Source: the human T2T-CHM13v2.0 reference genome, Homo sapiens. Taken from it: a DNA stretch of 64,000 bases. The stretch lies in the NCBI RefSeq assembly GCF_009914755.1, contig NC_060937.1. One strand, given 5' to 3'. Numbering within the stretch: position 1 is the stretch's first letter; every line of letters begins with the position of its first letter. Below, piece after piece: positions 40,211 to 52,350 of this stretch. The translations under genes were made by a program, and so were the position numbers. The notes below the pieces were generated by a model that saw only the letters and a program-made list of their open reading frames with translations, ran no database searches and was not told the origin of the DNA.

Positions 40211-41700
40211 CTCCCAGATGGGGCGGCCGGGCAGAAGCGCTCCTCACTTCCCAGACGGGGTGGCCGGGCAGAGACGCTCCCCACTTCCCAGACGGGGCGG
40301 CCGGGCAGAGATGCTCCCCACTTCCCAGACGGGGCGGCCGGGCAGAGGCGCTCCTCAGTTCCCAGATGGGGTGGCCGGACAGAAGCGCTCCTCACACCCC
40401 AGACAGGGCGGCCAGGCAGAGGCGCTCCCCATCTCCCAGACGGGGCAGCCGGGCAGAGGCGCTCCTCACTTCCCAGATGATGGGTGGCCGGGCAGAGGCG
40501 CTCCCCATCTCCCAGACGGGGCGGATGGGCAGAGATGCTCCCCACTTCCCAGACGGGGTGGCCAGGCAGAGGCGCTCCTCAGTTCCCAGATGGGGCAGCC
40601 GGACAGAAGCGCTCCTCACATCCCAGACGGGGCGGCCGGGCAGAGGCGCTCCTCACTTCCCAGATGATGGGTGGCCGGGCAGAGGCGCTCCCCATCTCCC
40701 AGACGGGGCAGCCGGGCAGAGGCGCTCCCCACTTCCCAGACGGGGTGGCCGGGCAGAGGTGCTCCTCACTTCCCAGATGATGGGTGGCCGGGCAGAGGCG
40801 CTCCCCATCTCCCAGACGGGGCGGCCAGGCAGAGATGCTCCCCACTTCCCAGATGGGGCGGCCGGGCAGAGGCGCTCCTCAGTTCCCAGATGGGGCGGCC
40901 GGACAGAAGCGCTCCTCACATCCCAGACGGGGCGGCCGGGCAGAGATGCTCCCCACTTCCCAGACGGGGCGGCCAGGCAGAGGCGCTCCTCACTTCCCAG
41001 ATGGGGCAGCCGGACAGAAGCGCTCCTCACATCCCAGACGGGGCAGCCGGGCAGAGGCGCTCCCCATCTCCCAGACGGGGCGGCTGGGCAGAGGCGCTCC
41101 TCACTTCCCAGATGATGGGTGGCCGGGCAGAGGTGCTCCCCATCTCCCAGACGGGGCGGCCGGGCAGAGATGCTCCCCACTTCCCAGACGGGGCGGCCGG
41201 GCAGAGGCGCTCCTCAGTTCCCAGATGGGGCGGCCGGACAGAAGCGCTCCTCACATCCCAGACGGGGCGGCCGGACAGAAGCGCTCCTCACATCCCAGAC
41301 GGGGCGGCCGGGCAGAGGCGCTCCTCACATCCCAGATGGGGTGGCCGGGCAGAGGCGCTCCTCACTTCCCAGATGATGGGTGGCCGGGCAGAGGCGCTCC
41401 TCACTTCCCAGACAGGGCAGCCAGGTAGCAGCGATCCTCACTTCCCAGACAGGGCAGCCGGGCAGAGGCGCTCCTCACTTCCTAGACGGGGTGGCCAGGC
41501 AGAGACGCTCCTCACATCCCAGACCGGGTGGTGGCGGGGCAGAGGCACTCCTCACTTCCCAGATGGGGTGGCGGCCGGGCAGAGGCGCTCCTCACTTCCC
41601 AGACAGGGCGGCCGGGCAGAGGGGCTCCTCACATCCCAGACAATGGGCAGCCAGGCAGAGACGCTCCCCACTTCCTAGATGGGGTGGCGGCCGGGCAGAG
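40211..41700. repeat. SVA GC-rich VNTR (about 37-40-bp units)
   Basis: Repeated TCCCAGACGGGGCGGCCGGGCAGAGGCGCTCCTCACT. Confidence 0.95.
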
Positions 41701-42070
41701 GCTGTAATCTTAGCACTTTTGGAGGCCAAGGCAGGCCGCTGGGAGGTGGAGGTTGTAGCAAGCCGAGATCACGCCACTGCACTCCAGCCTGGGCAACATT
41801 GAGCATTGAGTGAGTGAGACTCCGTCTTCAATCCCAGCACCTCGGGAGGCCGGGGCGGGCAGATCACTCGAGGTCAAGAGCTGGAGACCAGCCCGGTCAA
41901 CAGGGTGAAACCCTGTCTCCACCAAAAATACAAAAACCAGTCAGGCGTGGTGGCGTGCGCCTGCAATCCCAGGCACTCGGCAGGCCGAGGCAGGAGAATC
42001 AGGGGAGCCCGAGGCAGGGAGGTTGCAGCGAGCTGAGATCACAGCAGTACAGTCCAGCCTCGGCAACAGA

Positions 42071-42164
42071 GGGAGACGGGAGACGGGAGACGGGAGACGG
42101 GAGACGGGAGACGGGAGACGGGAGAGGGAGAGGGAGAGGGAGAGGGAGAGGGAGAGGGAGAGGG
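42071..42164. repeat. (GGGAGAC)x7 followed by (GGGAGA)x7.5, the SVA 5' repeat
   Basis: Counted directly from the sequence. Confidence 0.95.
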
Positions 42165-42821
42165 CCAATCTAATGGTTTTAATGACATACAACTTACTGT
42201 GGCTACCATGTGCCTGGGATGGTGATTCTAAAGTAAGCTCTGTCACATCTTAGGAATTTCCAATAGTCTCAAGGCTGCCGTGACATTGTTCACAAAATTT
42301 AAGTTGATTCGGTCACTCATTTTGGAAGAAAGGTAATACTTTTAATTAATTACCAACTAGTAATTTATGAATAGTTGCAAGAATGATTTTGGTACTTTGT
42401 TAGCATCTATTGTTCCTATTGAATACCTGCCTCTTTAAATGATTCAAGACCATAATGCCTAATTTATCATTCACATCAATTTCTCTGCCTTAGTTTTATT
42501 ATTTCTAAACTATAGAAAAGATTAATCTTCTTAGCGATGTTTATTTACACACAGAGATGTGGGGAGTTAAAAATTATAGCTAATAAAGCACTCTGAATAC
42601 AGTAGGTGATAATTATTACTATTTTATTTGGAAATGTAGTGTTTCCATTAAGATACCCTGGGATCTTTGTGTTCTGGTAGATAATTATGTAATTAATTCT
42701 AAAACAGTGAGTAACACTTGATATTTCTAAAAGTAAGTGTTGCCCTAGTTTTCTGTGCCACACCTCAGTTGGAGCACAATATTTCATTTTCCACCATTCC
42801 TTTATAAAATTATATGAGGTA

Positions 42822-43125
42822 GGCCAGGTGCGGTGACTCACACCTGTAATCCCAGCACTTTGGGAGGCCGAGGCGGGTGGATCATCTGAGGTCAGGAATT
42901 TGAGACCAGCCTGACCAAAATGGTGAAACCCTGTCTCTACTAAAAATACAAAAATTAGCCAGCAATGGTGGCGCATGCCTGTAGTCCCAGCTACTCAGGA
43001 GGCTACGACAGGAGAATTGCTTGAACCCGGGAGGCAGAGGTTGTAGAGCCGAGATCACACCACTGCACTCCAGCCTAGTTGCCAGAGTGAGACTCCATCT
43101 CTAAAAAAGTAAATACATAAAATAA
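42822..43125 (+). mobile_element. AluS element
   Basis: Full dimer with an A-rich tail. Confidence 0.93.
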
Positions 43126-43139
43126 TATAATGTAATTTA

Positions 43140-43461
<322 letters not shown>

Positions 43462-43829
43462 TTAAAAGATGTATAAATATTTTCTCTCTAGGTTTTTTCT
43501 GCCTATGCAACTACAAAAACTTTCAAGAGATTCATGACCAATTATGAAATTGGCAGTTTCTACTTACAGCTTTAATGAAGTATGAGCACCACAAAACAAT
43601 CTGATACACAAAATGCCAAGGATAAAAGTACAGCTTTGTTTGGCCTTAACAGATATCTAACTTGTTTCCTGTTAAGATATATTCAAGTATAAAATCTCAT
43701 ACCAATTTCATAACTGTTCAACAAAATATATTTATGTTCAGTATTTCATTGGGCTAGATAATGGGGCAAATATTTTTTGAAACTTATCAAGTCTATGAAA
43801 ATACTATTTGGCTTAAAAAATGGCACAGG

Positions 43830-43995
43830 TTTGGGAGGCTGAGGTGGCAGGATCACAAGATCAGGAATTTGAGACCAGCCTGGCCAATATAGTGAAATCC
43901 CGTCTCTACTAAAAATACAAAACTTAGCTGGGTATGGTGGCGGGTGCCTGTAGTCCCAGCTACACGGGAGGCTGAGGCAGGAGAATCGCTTGAAC
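43830..43995 (+). mobile_element. AluS fragment truncated at both ends
   Basis: Runs from TTTGGGAGGCTGAGG to GAATCGCTTGAAC only. Confidence 0.88.
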
Positions 43996-44136
43996 AATTT
44001 CTATAGGTATCAGCGATGCACACATCATGAATAATAAAACCTACCTGTAATTGTCCACAAAACACAGATTCCTGTTAAAGGAGGGTAGAGATCAGCTAGG
44101 TATTGAAAAATCCTTCTTATTGAAAAAAAGAAAAAG

Positions 44137-44478
44137 GCTGGGTGTGGTGGCTCATATCTACAACCCCAGATAGGAGCTAATATCTATAATCCACTTTGGG
44201 AGACCAAGGTGGGAGGATTGGTTGAACCCAGGAGTTTGAGACCAGGCTGGGCAACATAGGGCGATTTCATCTCTACAATAACCTTAAACAGTTAGTCAAG
44301 CATGGTAGTGCCCTCCTGTCGTCCCAGCTGCTCAGGAGGCTGGGGTGGGAGGATTGCTTGAGCTGGGGAGTGAGGGGTGCAGAGGTTCCAGTGAGCTGAG
44401 ATTGTGCCACTGCACTCTAGCCTGGGCAACAGATTGAGTCCCTGTCTTAAAAAAAGACAAAACAAAACCAAAAAAAAG
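44137..44478 (+). mobile_element. AluJ (Jo-like) element with small internal insertions
   Basis: GGGAGGATTG(G/C)TTGA diagnostics in both arms. Confidence 0.88.
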
Positions 44479-44584
44479 CATGATTTTGTTTGGTCTAAGT
44501 CCTTAGGTTTATACCTACTTCAATAACAAAATAATTGTGGTGAAAGAATCAGATTTCTTAATGTCTTGTAAACAGTTGATACCA

Positions 44585-44872
<288 letters not shown>

Positions 44873-46123
44873 AAAGAGCTGATACCAAAGGAAGCTTATT
44901 TCATATGGTATCAGCAAATTTCTTATTTTATAAGAACTCTCCATTAGCATTATCATGGTATATATTTACAGTAAAAAGAAAGATACATTTCCTTCCAAAG
45001 TTCACTCTCCTTTTCCATCACTAAGGAAATACCTAACTTCGATCTTCACATAGTCAGTGCCATACTCTCGAGGTTATGGAAATGTTCCACGGTTTAAAAC
45101 AATATAGATAATTGTGAAGTAGGTATGCTTATGTATTAACTCTTTGATTCTTTAAGCAATTATGAATAGTAGGGGAGATACTTCTGCTTCCTGTAATGAT
45201 AAACTATGTAACTGTAGATCAATCTTCCCACTGAGGAACAACTAAAAATCTTAATATCTTCCATCAGTTTTGTAAAATTCTCACTATCATCTTTTCATAT
45301 ACAAAAGCAGTTCAAAGGACATTCTCTGATTATTGTAGTGGGTTACTAATCTGGCTTCTAAGGAGAATGGGTCCTGTTAACTACTGGGTGTTTCATCTTA
45401 TTGTTAAGGGAGGTGAGTGGAATCTGCAAGTTTAGGGGCAGAGTAGGAATTGCTCTGTAAAGTGTGGTAAAAGAAAACATAAAAGCTGAATGTTCTGAGG
45501 GGAAAGAAAGGAGGGATCTTTGGTGCCCACCCATGAAGAAAAGATGACTACAGAGAAGATCAATGACTTAAGCAGAATTTCAGGTGGTTTCACTGGGAAG
45601 CATACAGTGTAAATCTCTCCTCAGCCCCTCCCCAGAAATGTCAGCTAAATCTGTTACTCCTTATTTCTTAGATAGGAGTAAGTTTTGGGGTATTGGGGAG
45701 CACTTAGAGGAGAGTTTCAAGAAAAGAATGAAAAGGTAGCTAATGGGATTATATAACATCCTACATGATAACGCATGATAAAGACTCAAATCTGTTAAAT
45801 ATAGAGGATGGTGATTATTTGTTAATGATCAATGTCAGCTGATTAATGGGAAATAATAGGATTAAGGTTTTGAGGAATAGATTTAGATTAGGCATATCAT
45901 GGGGAATTTCTGATGAGATGACTGTAAAGTAGGAGTATTATATCAAATAACACTTAAAAGCTCTTTCTCAGTGATGGAGAGAAAAGCCATTTCTTGGAAA
46001 CAGTATGGGCAGAAAATGGAGTTGGACAAAGATCAATTCAGATAGGGGAGAACCCTATAGCACTTAGTGTCAAACCCATGAAATCAAAAGGTCTTCTTTA
46101 GTATCTAACTAGTTATTCATATA

Positions 46124-46410
46124 CAGATGCTCCTCAATTTATGATAAGGTTACATTCTGATAAATCCATTAAGTTGAAAAAATAGTAAGATGAAAATGTA
46201 TTTAATGCTGGCAATACAACAGACAGTCCTCAAATGACGATGGTTTAATTTACAATTTTTTAACTTTACGATGGTGAGAAAGCACTGTGCATTCAGTAGA
46301 AACCATAACCCCATCACAAGTTGTAAGGAGCTTCTTGACTTGGAGTTACATCCCAATGGAGTTATGTCCCAAAAGCATAAGTTGAACCATCCTAAATCAG
46401 GGACCATCTG
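46124..46410. mobile_element. MER47-like (Tigger5-derived) MITE
   Basis: TIR-like ends CAGATGCTCCTCAATTTATGAT ... ATCCTAAATCAGGGACCATCTG, preceded by TA. Confidence 0.75.
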
Positions 46411-47079
46411 TGTTTATAAAATCACTGAACTTTTTCCTGAAGTGTCACATCACACTACATTGCACCTAAGGAGAGATGCCACTCCTACTCTTTTTCCAGT
46501 TTTCTGTTAAGGCAGAAAGATAAAGGAGATATATACTCTTTCTCCCATGCTCTCATAGCACTCTGTACCTTGCTCTATCCCAGCACTTTCACTCATATTC
46601 TAGTTAGTTTATCTCTATCATGTCTCTAATAAACTATAAGCTTAGGATGATCAAGGAAACTAGTCATCTGTGCATACCCTGCAGCTAGCAAGCAAAGTAC
46701 CTGAAATGTGGTAGGTGTTAAATATATATATAATATAGTTATAAATTTATAAAATATATTTTACGTTTTATATAAAATATAAATATTTTACATGTAATTT
46801 CAAATGAATTCATGCAAGGAGGAAAGAAGAGAGGAAAGTAAAAAATGAAGAAAAAAAAGGAAAAGAAGGAAATAATAAAGGAACCAAGAAAAAAAAAAAT
46901 CTCAGTTCCAGAATTTAGTCCCAAAGCTTGGAAGTTTAAAGCTAAAGAACACAATGAGGGTGGAGGGATTTTTCTTGTATACTAGAATACAGATGAATTC
47001 AAAGTGTCAAAGAATGACAATTAAAAAAAAATCTGTCAGATCTTTCAAGATAAGCTTTAGATGCACTTAACAAGTCACC

Positions 47080-47260
47080 CTCTAAGCTTTAAGATTCCAC
47101 ACCTCCCTGGCAACCAATGTAGGATCACAAGCAGGTTACAGTGATGTTCTCCTTTTGTGAGACTTCTTGCAGCTGCTCTTTGAATGAGCTGAAATCTATA
47201 AATAACTGCATCTCCAGACCCATTAAGCAGTACATTAGTGTAACAAAGGCATATATGTAC
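47080..47260 (-). mobile_element. Ancient L2-clade LINE ORF2 C-terminal fossil
   Basis: Translation LCYTNVLLNG...FQLIQRAAARSL...LHWLPGRCGI resembles the L2-clade motif LDYCNSLLxG...LQxVQNAAAR...LHWLP. Confidence 0.6.
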
Positions 47261-47864
47261 AGTACTAAAGAAGTGAAATTGTTGGAAGAAAGGAAAAGTT
47301 TCCATTTGGCATGCACCACAGAGGATGAAAAGCAGACCCAACCATTTCTCAAACATGAAATTCCATTATTGGTTTGTGATTACATCCTCCACTTTTCTAC
47401 TTTGTATAGCAGCCAATTTTAAACTACAAATCATCATCTTTCCATCTTAGAGAGGACATGGTTTCTAAATGGGTAAGGTTTTACCCACAGCATGTCTATC
47501 TTTGAAGAACTCTATATTGAGAGAAAGAGACAGAAAGAGAGATGACCTGAAGGCCCCCCTCTAAAAACATGCAATCAAACAAAATGACCAAATTTGCCAA
47601 GGAGACAACTCAACTAGCATGTGCAGGACAGCAGAGAAGAACAATTTTCTTTTGGCACAAAGAAAAATATCACTCGGCATTACAAATATAAGTGTAGAGA
47701 CATGACAAGTAAAATTATTTTTCTCAGGAAAACTTTGCTTTTGGAAAAAAATATGCTTTATATATCTAAATTGAACAAATAACAAAAAAAATCTTGAGAC
47801 CTTATGTATAAAGTGCCCCTCTTTCCATTAAAAACAGAAAAGAAAAGAAAACAGGCCTTGATGC

Positions 47865-47961
47865 TACTATGGTAATATGTAGGGATTGGTACCATCGGAG
47901 GTTTCCAGAAGCCACTGGAGATCTTGCCACATATCCTCTGTGGGGAAGGGAGGCTACTGTA
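47865..47961. mobile_element. MER2-like Tigger terminal fragment
   Basis: CCACTGGAGATCTTGCCACATATCCTCTGTGGGGAAGGGAGGCTACTGTA resembles the MER2 end. Confidence 0.6.
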
Positions 47962-50900
47962 TGCAGTTTTAAAGTCTTTGTATAGGCAGGTTTTAAAGTG
48001 TAGGACCTTTCACATTTAGACTTCTAGAGATTTTCTGAAAAGGGCAACATTAGACTTGAAGACAGTTTATGAAATACGTAATGGCTCAACTCCTTCCCCT
48101 CATTCATGGATATCAATCAACCACATACACAACCTGCTGTCATATGTTGTTGTTTTCTACTTTCCAAAATACACAGACCATAAAAAAAAAAGTGATCACC
48201 GCTAGACTTTGCTGGTGAGTAAATTATTCAAGAAAGCAATATTATCAGTAAACATAAGCCTGGATCCATTAAAGCTAGAAGAGTCCCATTTTACGCAAAG
48301 CTTTTCTAAGCCCCTGGGATTCAGGGCAAACACATACAGGTTCATAGAGTAATTCATCAAGGTTTGAAGAATCAGGTAAAACCTGAGTTTATCAATTCCT
48401 ACTTCTCCCAGATAAACATGTCTCCAAAATGTTTCTGACAGGCAACTATCCAGCCTCAGCTAGTGATGGGTGTGGCAGCTCACTGTGCCAGATAGTCCTA
48501 AGAGTTCACCGTTCTCTCTCCTGAGCACCTATCTGAAGAACAGGAGATCTAAATCTAAATTCTGTCCTCAAACCCTACCTCTGCAGTGATATGTGGTCTT
48601 GGAAAGTGACTCTTCTATCCCTGGAATAGGGATACTGAGGCTTAACTACCATCTTACCTAGCCACAGATAAATTTATGAAAGTAACTAAGGACATATCAG
48701 ATAATTCTTGCCTCCCCCTGGTCAAATTTTTTCTGTGTTTGCACTCTTGTGTTCTTTTCACATTCACATTCTAAAAGTTCTAAAGAGTAGACAATGTAAA
48801 CAGAATGTTGTAACTAAATAAAAGCCTCAATTAAAATGGCAAAGCTATGGACTCCTGAGACAGAGCAAGAGAGACAGGAAAGAGTCGTCTTGAGGAAGGG
48901 ATAAGGCCTCTGGGACAAGATTTCAGGTGGATGTCAGGCTTCAAAGATATAGCCATCAAAAGAGGTGAATTCTATAAACCATACACATGGCAACAAATCA
49001 AAGCATAATTTTGTATGCATACACAGTACAGAAAGGCAATGTTGGTCACATCCCGGCCTCTTCAGCTGCACTGATACACAGAAAGCAATTTCTGTAAACA
49101 TTATTGTCTTCTTACATAAAGGAAATCAGACAATATATAATTCTATAATTTGTGCTGTTTTGTGCTCAGCTTTTTCATTATGTACTCATTTTACACCTTG
49201 ACCCAACCGTGGAAAACATATTAAGCTAGAAAGTGGAACATTTTAATTGTAGTGGATAAATAACTGACCCTTAAATGGTGGCAAACTGGCAAATTAGTTA
49301 TCTATTTTCCAAAAAGCCCTGGTTAGAGCCCTTTAATTTATGGAAATCTACCTGCAATAAAACCCAGATCAGACCAAGACCAGCCTGAGCCAGTTGCTCA
49401 TCCTGTTTAACATTTCTCCCAGTAGGGTGACAAATAACATATTAGTTACTCTTTAAACAAATGTGCTCTTAATGATGCCACTGCCGCATGATGAATAAAG
49501 CATTAGCCCTGCAGTCATGATCGCCCTGGGACAGGGAGCGTTAGCAGAACACACCCACCTTGCATGGATTGCCCTGGGTGAGAGACTTTGCTTTATCTTT
49601 CTCTAAATGACCACCCATAGCCCTTGCTCATGCTCTGTAACCAGTGAGCAAGAACAGTGGAGCCTTCGGTCCCCTGTGATGGTCCTTTTTGCTTCTCAGG
49701 GCCTCATAAATGGTATGGCTATATCACTGGGAGTAACCCAGAAGGCATGATGGGGTAGTTAGGGGAGGGCTATGGGGGCACAGGAGCCTGATGCAAATGA
49801 CTGCACAGCAGCACATCCAGTTGGAAAGTTCCAGTTCAGCAGTGAGCATTCTGAGGAAATGGGTCAAACCTTTAGTGCTGCTGGTTATATCCAGCAAGAT
49901 TTAAATGAAGGTGCTCAGAAGAGAAAAAGGCCTGAGTGTCCAAAAGGTATTCAGGCTCCTGAGGCTAGAGGCAGATTAGGGGGCACAGAAAGGTGGTTCC
50001 AACCTCCAGGAACATACATGATTCAGAAGCTGAATCCTGGTTATTTCTTGGTAAAAGGTCTTTATGTTCTAGCTGCTTTTGGAGGTCAGGCATCATCAAA
50101 AGCAGGAATTGGCTACACCTGGTTATCTCAGCAGGCCCTCATAACCCAGAAAACCTCCATGGAGGCTCCCACCCCCATCAAAAGAGATGAGAGAATAAAT
50201 GCTGATGGAAAGGCTCCAGCTCTGAAGGCAAAGTTGAAGGGCACTACAAAACACTGTTGCTACAGACCCAAGGCCTTTACCCTCTGTCTGTCTTGGTCAC
50301 AGATTTGCATTAAAATGTCCTCCACCCCTACCGTCCCCCATTAACACATTCTCCTTTTCAATAGGAGGAGATATTTGCCTCTTAAGAATGCCACATAAAA
50401 ATCCTTCCTTACAAGGAGATGGCATTTGGAGGACTATGTTCCTCAAATAGTCTCTTTTTCTACTACAGTCTTACAGACCAAAGGACCCATCTGCCTCTGA
50501 GCAACTAGTCTATTTTTTTAACTAGGGCTGTGTTCTCAACTAGGCACTAGAGGCATAGGGTCTACAATAATGATGAAGACCTGAAAATATTTTGTGTCAA
50601 CATGCAATGAAAAGCACACTATCTAAAACAAATATTTAACTAAATGTTTATAAATTCCATATTATGACAATTCTAATTATCAAATTTAGTATTCACATGA
50701 AAGTCATTATAGTTGAAAACCATTTGTAACTGGGCTATCTCACTTTGCAGAAATTACTGAGTGTGCACCATTATGGAGAAATTAGAGCTGGTTTTAAATG
50801 AAAGAAATAACTTGCAGGCAAATAATTTCAAAAGCAAAATGATTTAAAAAATCATCTCCAAAGTTCCTATAAACAAACTTATACTAAACATCAGATGTGA

Positions 50901-52159
50901 ACACACTTGTTATGTTTGATCTGATATGGAGTAAGTAAATCTGCTGCTGCCTAGAAAGGTTTTAAATGGTTGTGTTCTGAGGCACTGTCTCCTTCCTGCC
51001 TACTGTGTGTAAGATAAAGCTATACTTCCTCTCAAATTTGCCAAACTCAGTTCAGGATCGAATGCCATTCCGTTATTTATTCATGGATTACATAAATAAT
51101 TGTGGAAAAGAAGAAGGAGGCATGAGCAAAAATTGACCTTAAAGAATACAGATGAGAGAGAAAAATATCTGGCTCATGGTACCGAATGCAATTTCATGTT
51201 AGCTTAGAGTCATCGTATGTATTTAGGTTTTATTATTTATAAAAAAGAAATCGTGCTGAATGTTCTTTGTGGGAACTGCAGTATATTGCTATTGCTACGA
51301 TGGTTTACTATTTTCACAGCTAGATGGCTTAAACCCAAACTAAACAAATATTTTAAAAGAATTCCCACCAGCATTATTACTTTTTTTTCATTTCTAGTGT
51401 TAATGAAAAAGATCTTCTGCTTTTCAAGTCCTCTGATATCTTTACTCTTGAGCAATTCTCAATTTTATGGCTTATGATGAGATAATGTTTATTGAAAAAT
51501 AACAACTTAAGAAAATAACCAGCAACTAGTGGTGGTTAAGCAGTGCAGTGTCTGAAGTGAGGGCATTTGAGAACTGCAGTGGCTGTCAACTCCAAATATT
51601 CACCAGGTCTTGACTATTACGGCAATTAGGATGATGATTTTATTACTTGCACACTGAAGTAGACATATTTTTGTGTACTCATCCAAGATATCAACTTGAC
51701 AGTGTCTACTACACACAGAATTTTGCTAATAAGATAAAAATAAGGTAGATGTGACAGTGAGACACATAATCAACATAAAACAAAATGCACCATCATGTCC
51801 AGACTTCTCACTGTATGACCAAACCCTTACTTTAATAGGGGTCACCACCTTCATTCAAATGCACTCCCCAAACTCTTGCTATCATTCTTAACTACTGGCT
51901 AATTCACCATCCTTTTCTCTAGGGATAAAATTTGCACAGAAATGCAATGACACAGTTCTCTTCAATCTGAGAATAAATATCAATATACACTAGAGAGGTG
52001 GGGATTTTTTTGTTTTAAAAATATTATTGCTGATACATGTAATGAGTTCAAACAAAGCTAAAGTCTATAAAGTAAAAGGGGAATGCCATTCCGTTACTCC
52101 TTATCTGCCAGCCAACACACTCCCCAGATGCAACCGCTGGGAAAATAGCTCCCTATATA

Positions 52160-52350
52160 GCAGTCACTGTGGCAAGAAACTCACATCCTCGATCTCATGA
52201 AAAAGACTCACAACAACCTATGAGATAGATGTTATTCCAACTTTTTACAAAAGAAAATAAACTAAGGTCCAGAAGGCTACTCCTTTGGATTTTTACCCAA
52301 GGTCAGAAAGCCAATGAATGGCAGAGCCCAGGACTCAATGTACCCTAGCC
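52160..52350 (-). mobile_element. MIR fragment
   Basis: CTCACAACAACCTATGAGATAGATGTTATT...CCCAAGGTCA...TGGCAGAGCCCAGGACTCAA. Confidence 0.7.

Larger units (their letters stand above)
39661..42164 (-). mobile_element. Full-length SVA retrotransposon, oldest (SVA_A-like) type
   Basis: On the minus strand: (CCCTCT)n, Alu-like domain (about 41700-42065), VNTR, SINE-R (about 39690-40210), AATAAA, then 28 A. TSD CCAATC(C/T)AATG at 39650-39660 and 42165-42175, at a TT/AAAA site. The SINE-R keeps the GGTCGCTATCTCTTC segment I associate with SVA_A. Confidence 0.95.

Noticed and set aside
40211-41700. Regular repeat array superficially like a CRISPR array
   Set aside because: Tandem units with no unique spacers, no cas genes, and a primate SVA context.
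40140-41802. Long ORFs (up to 335 aa) in several frames
   Set aside because: They are translations of the stop-poor SVA VNTR. The 37-bp units cycle the same peptides through the frames.
49772-50344. 190-aa + strand ORF
   Set aside because: No recognisable domain or gene context. It is consistent with a chance intronic ORF, though I could not run a homology search.
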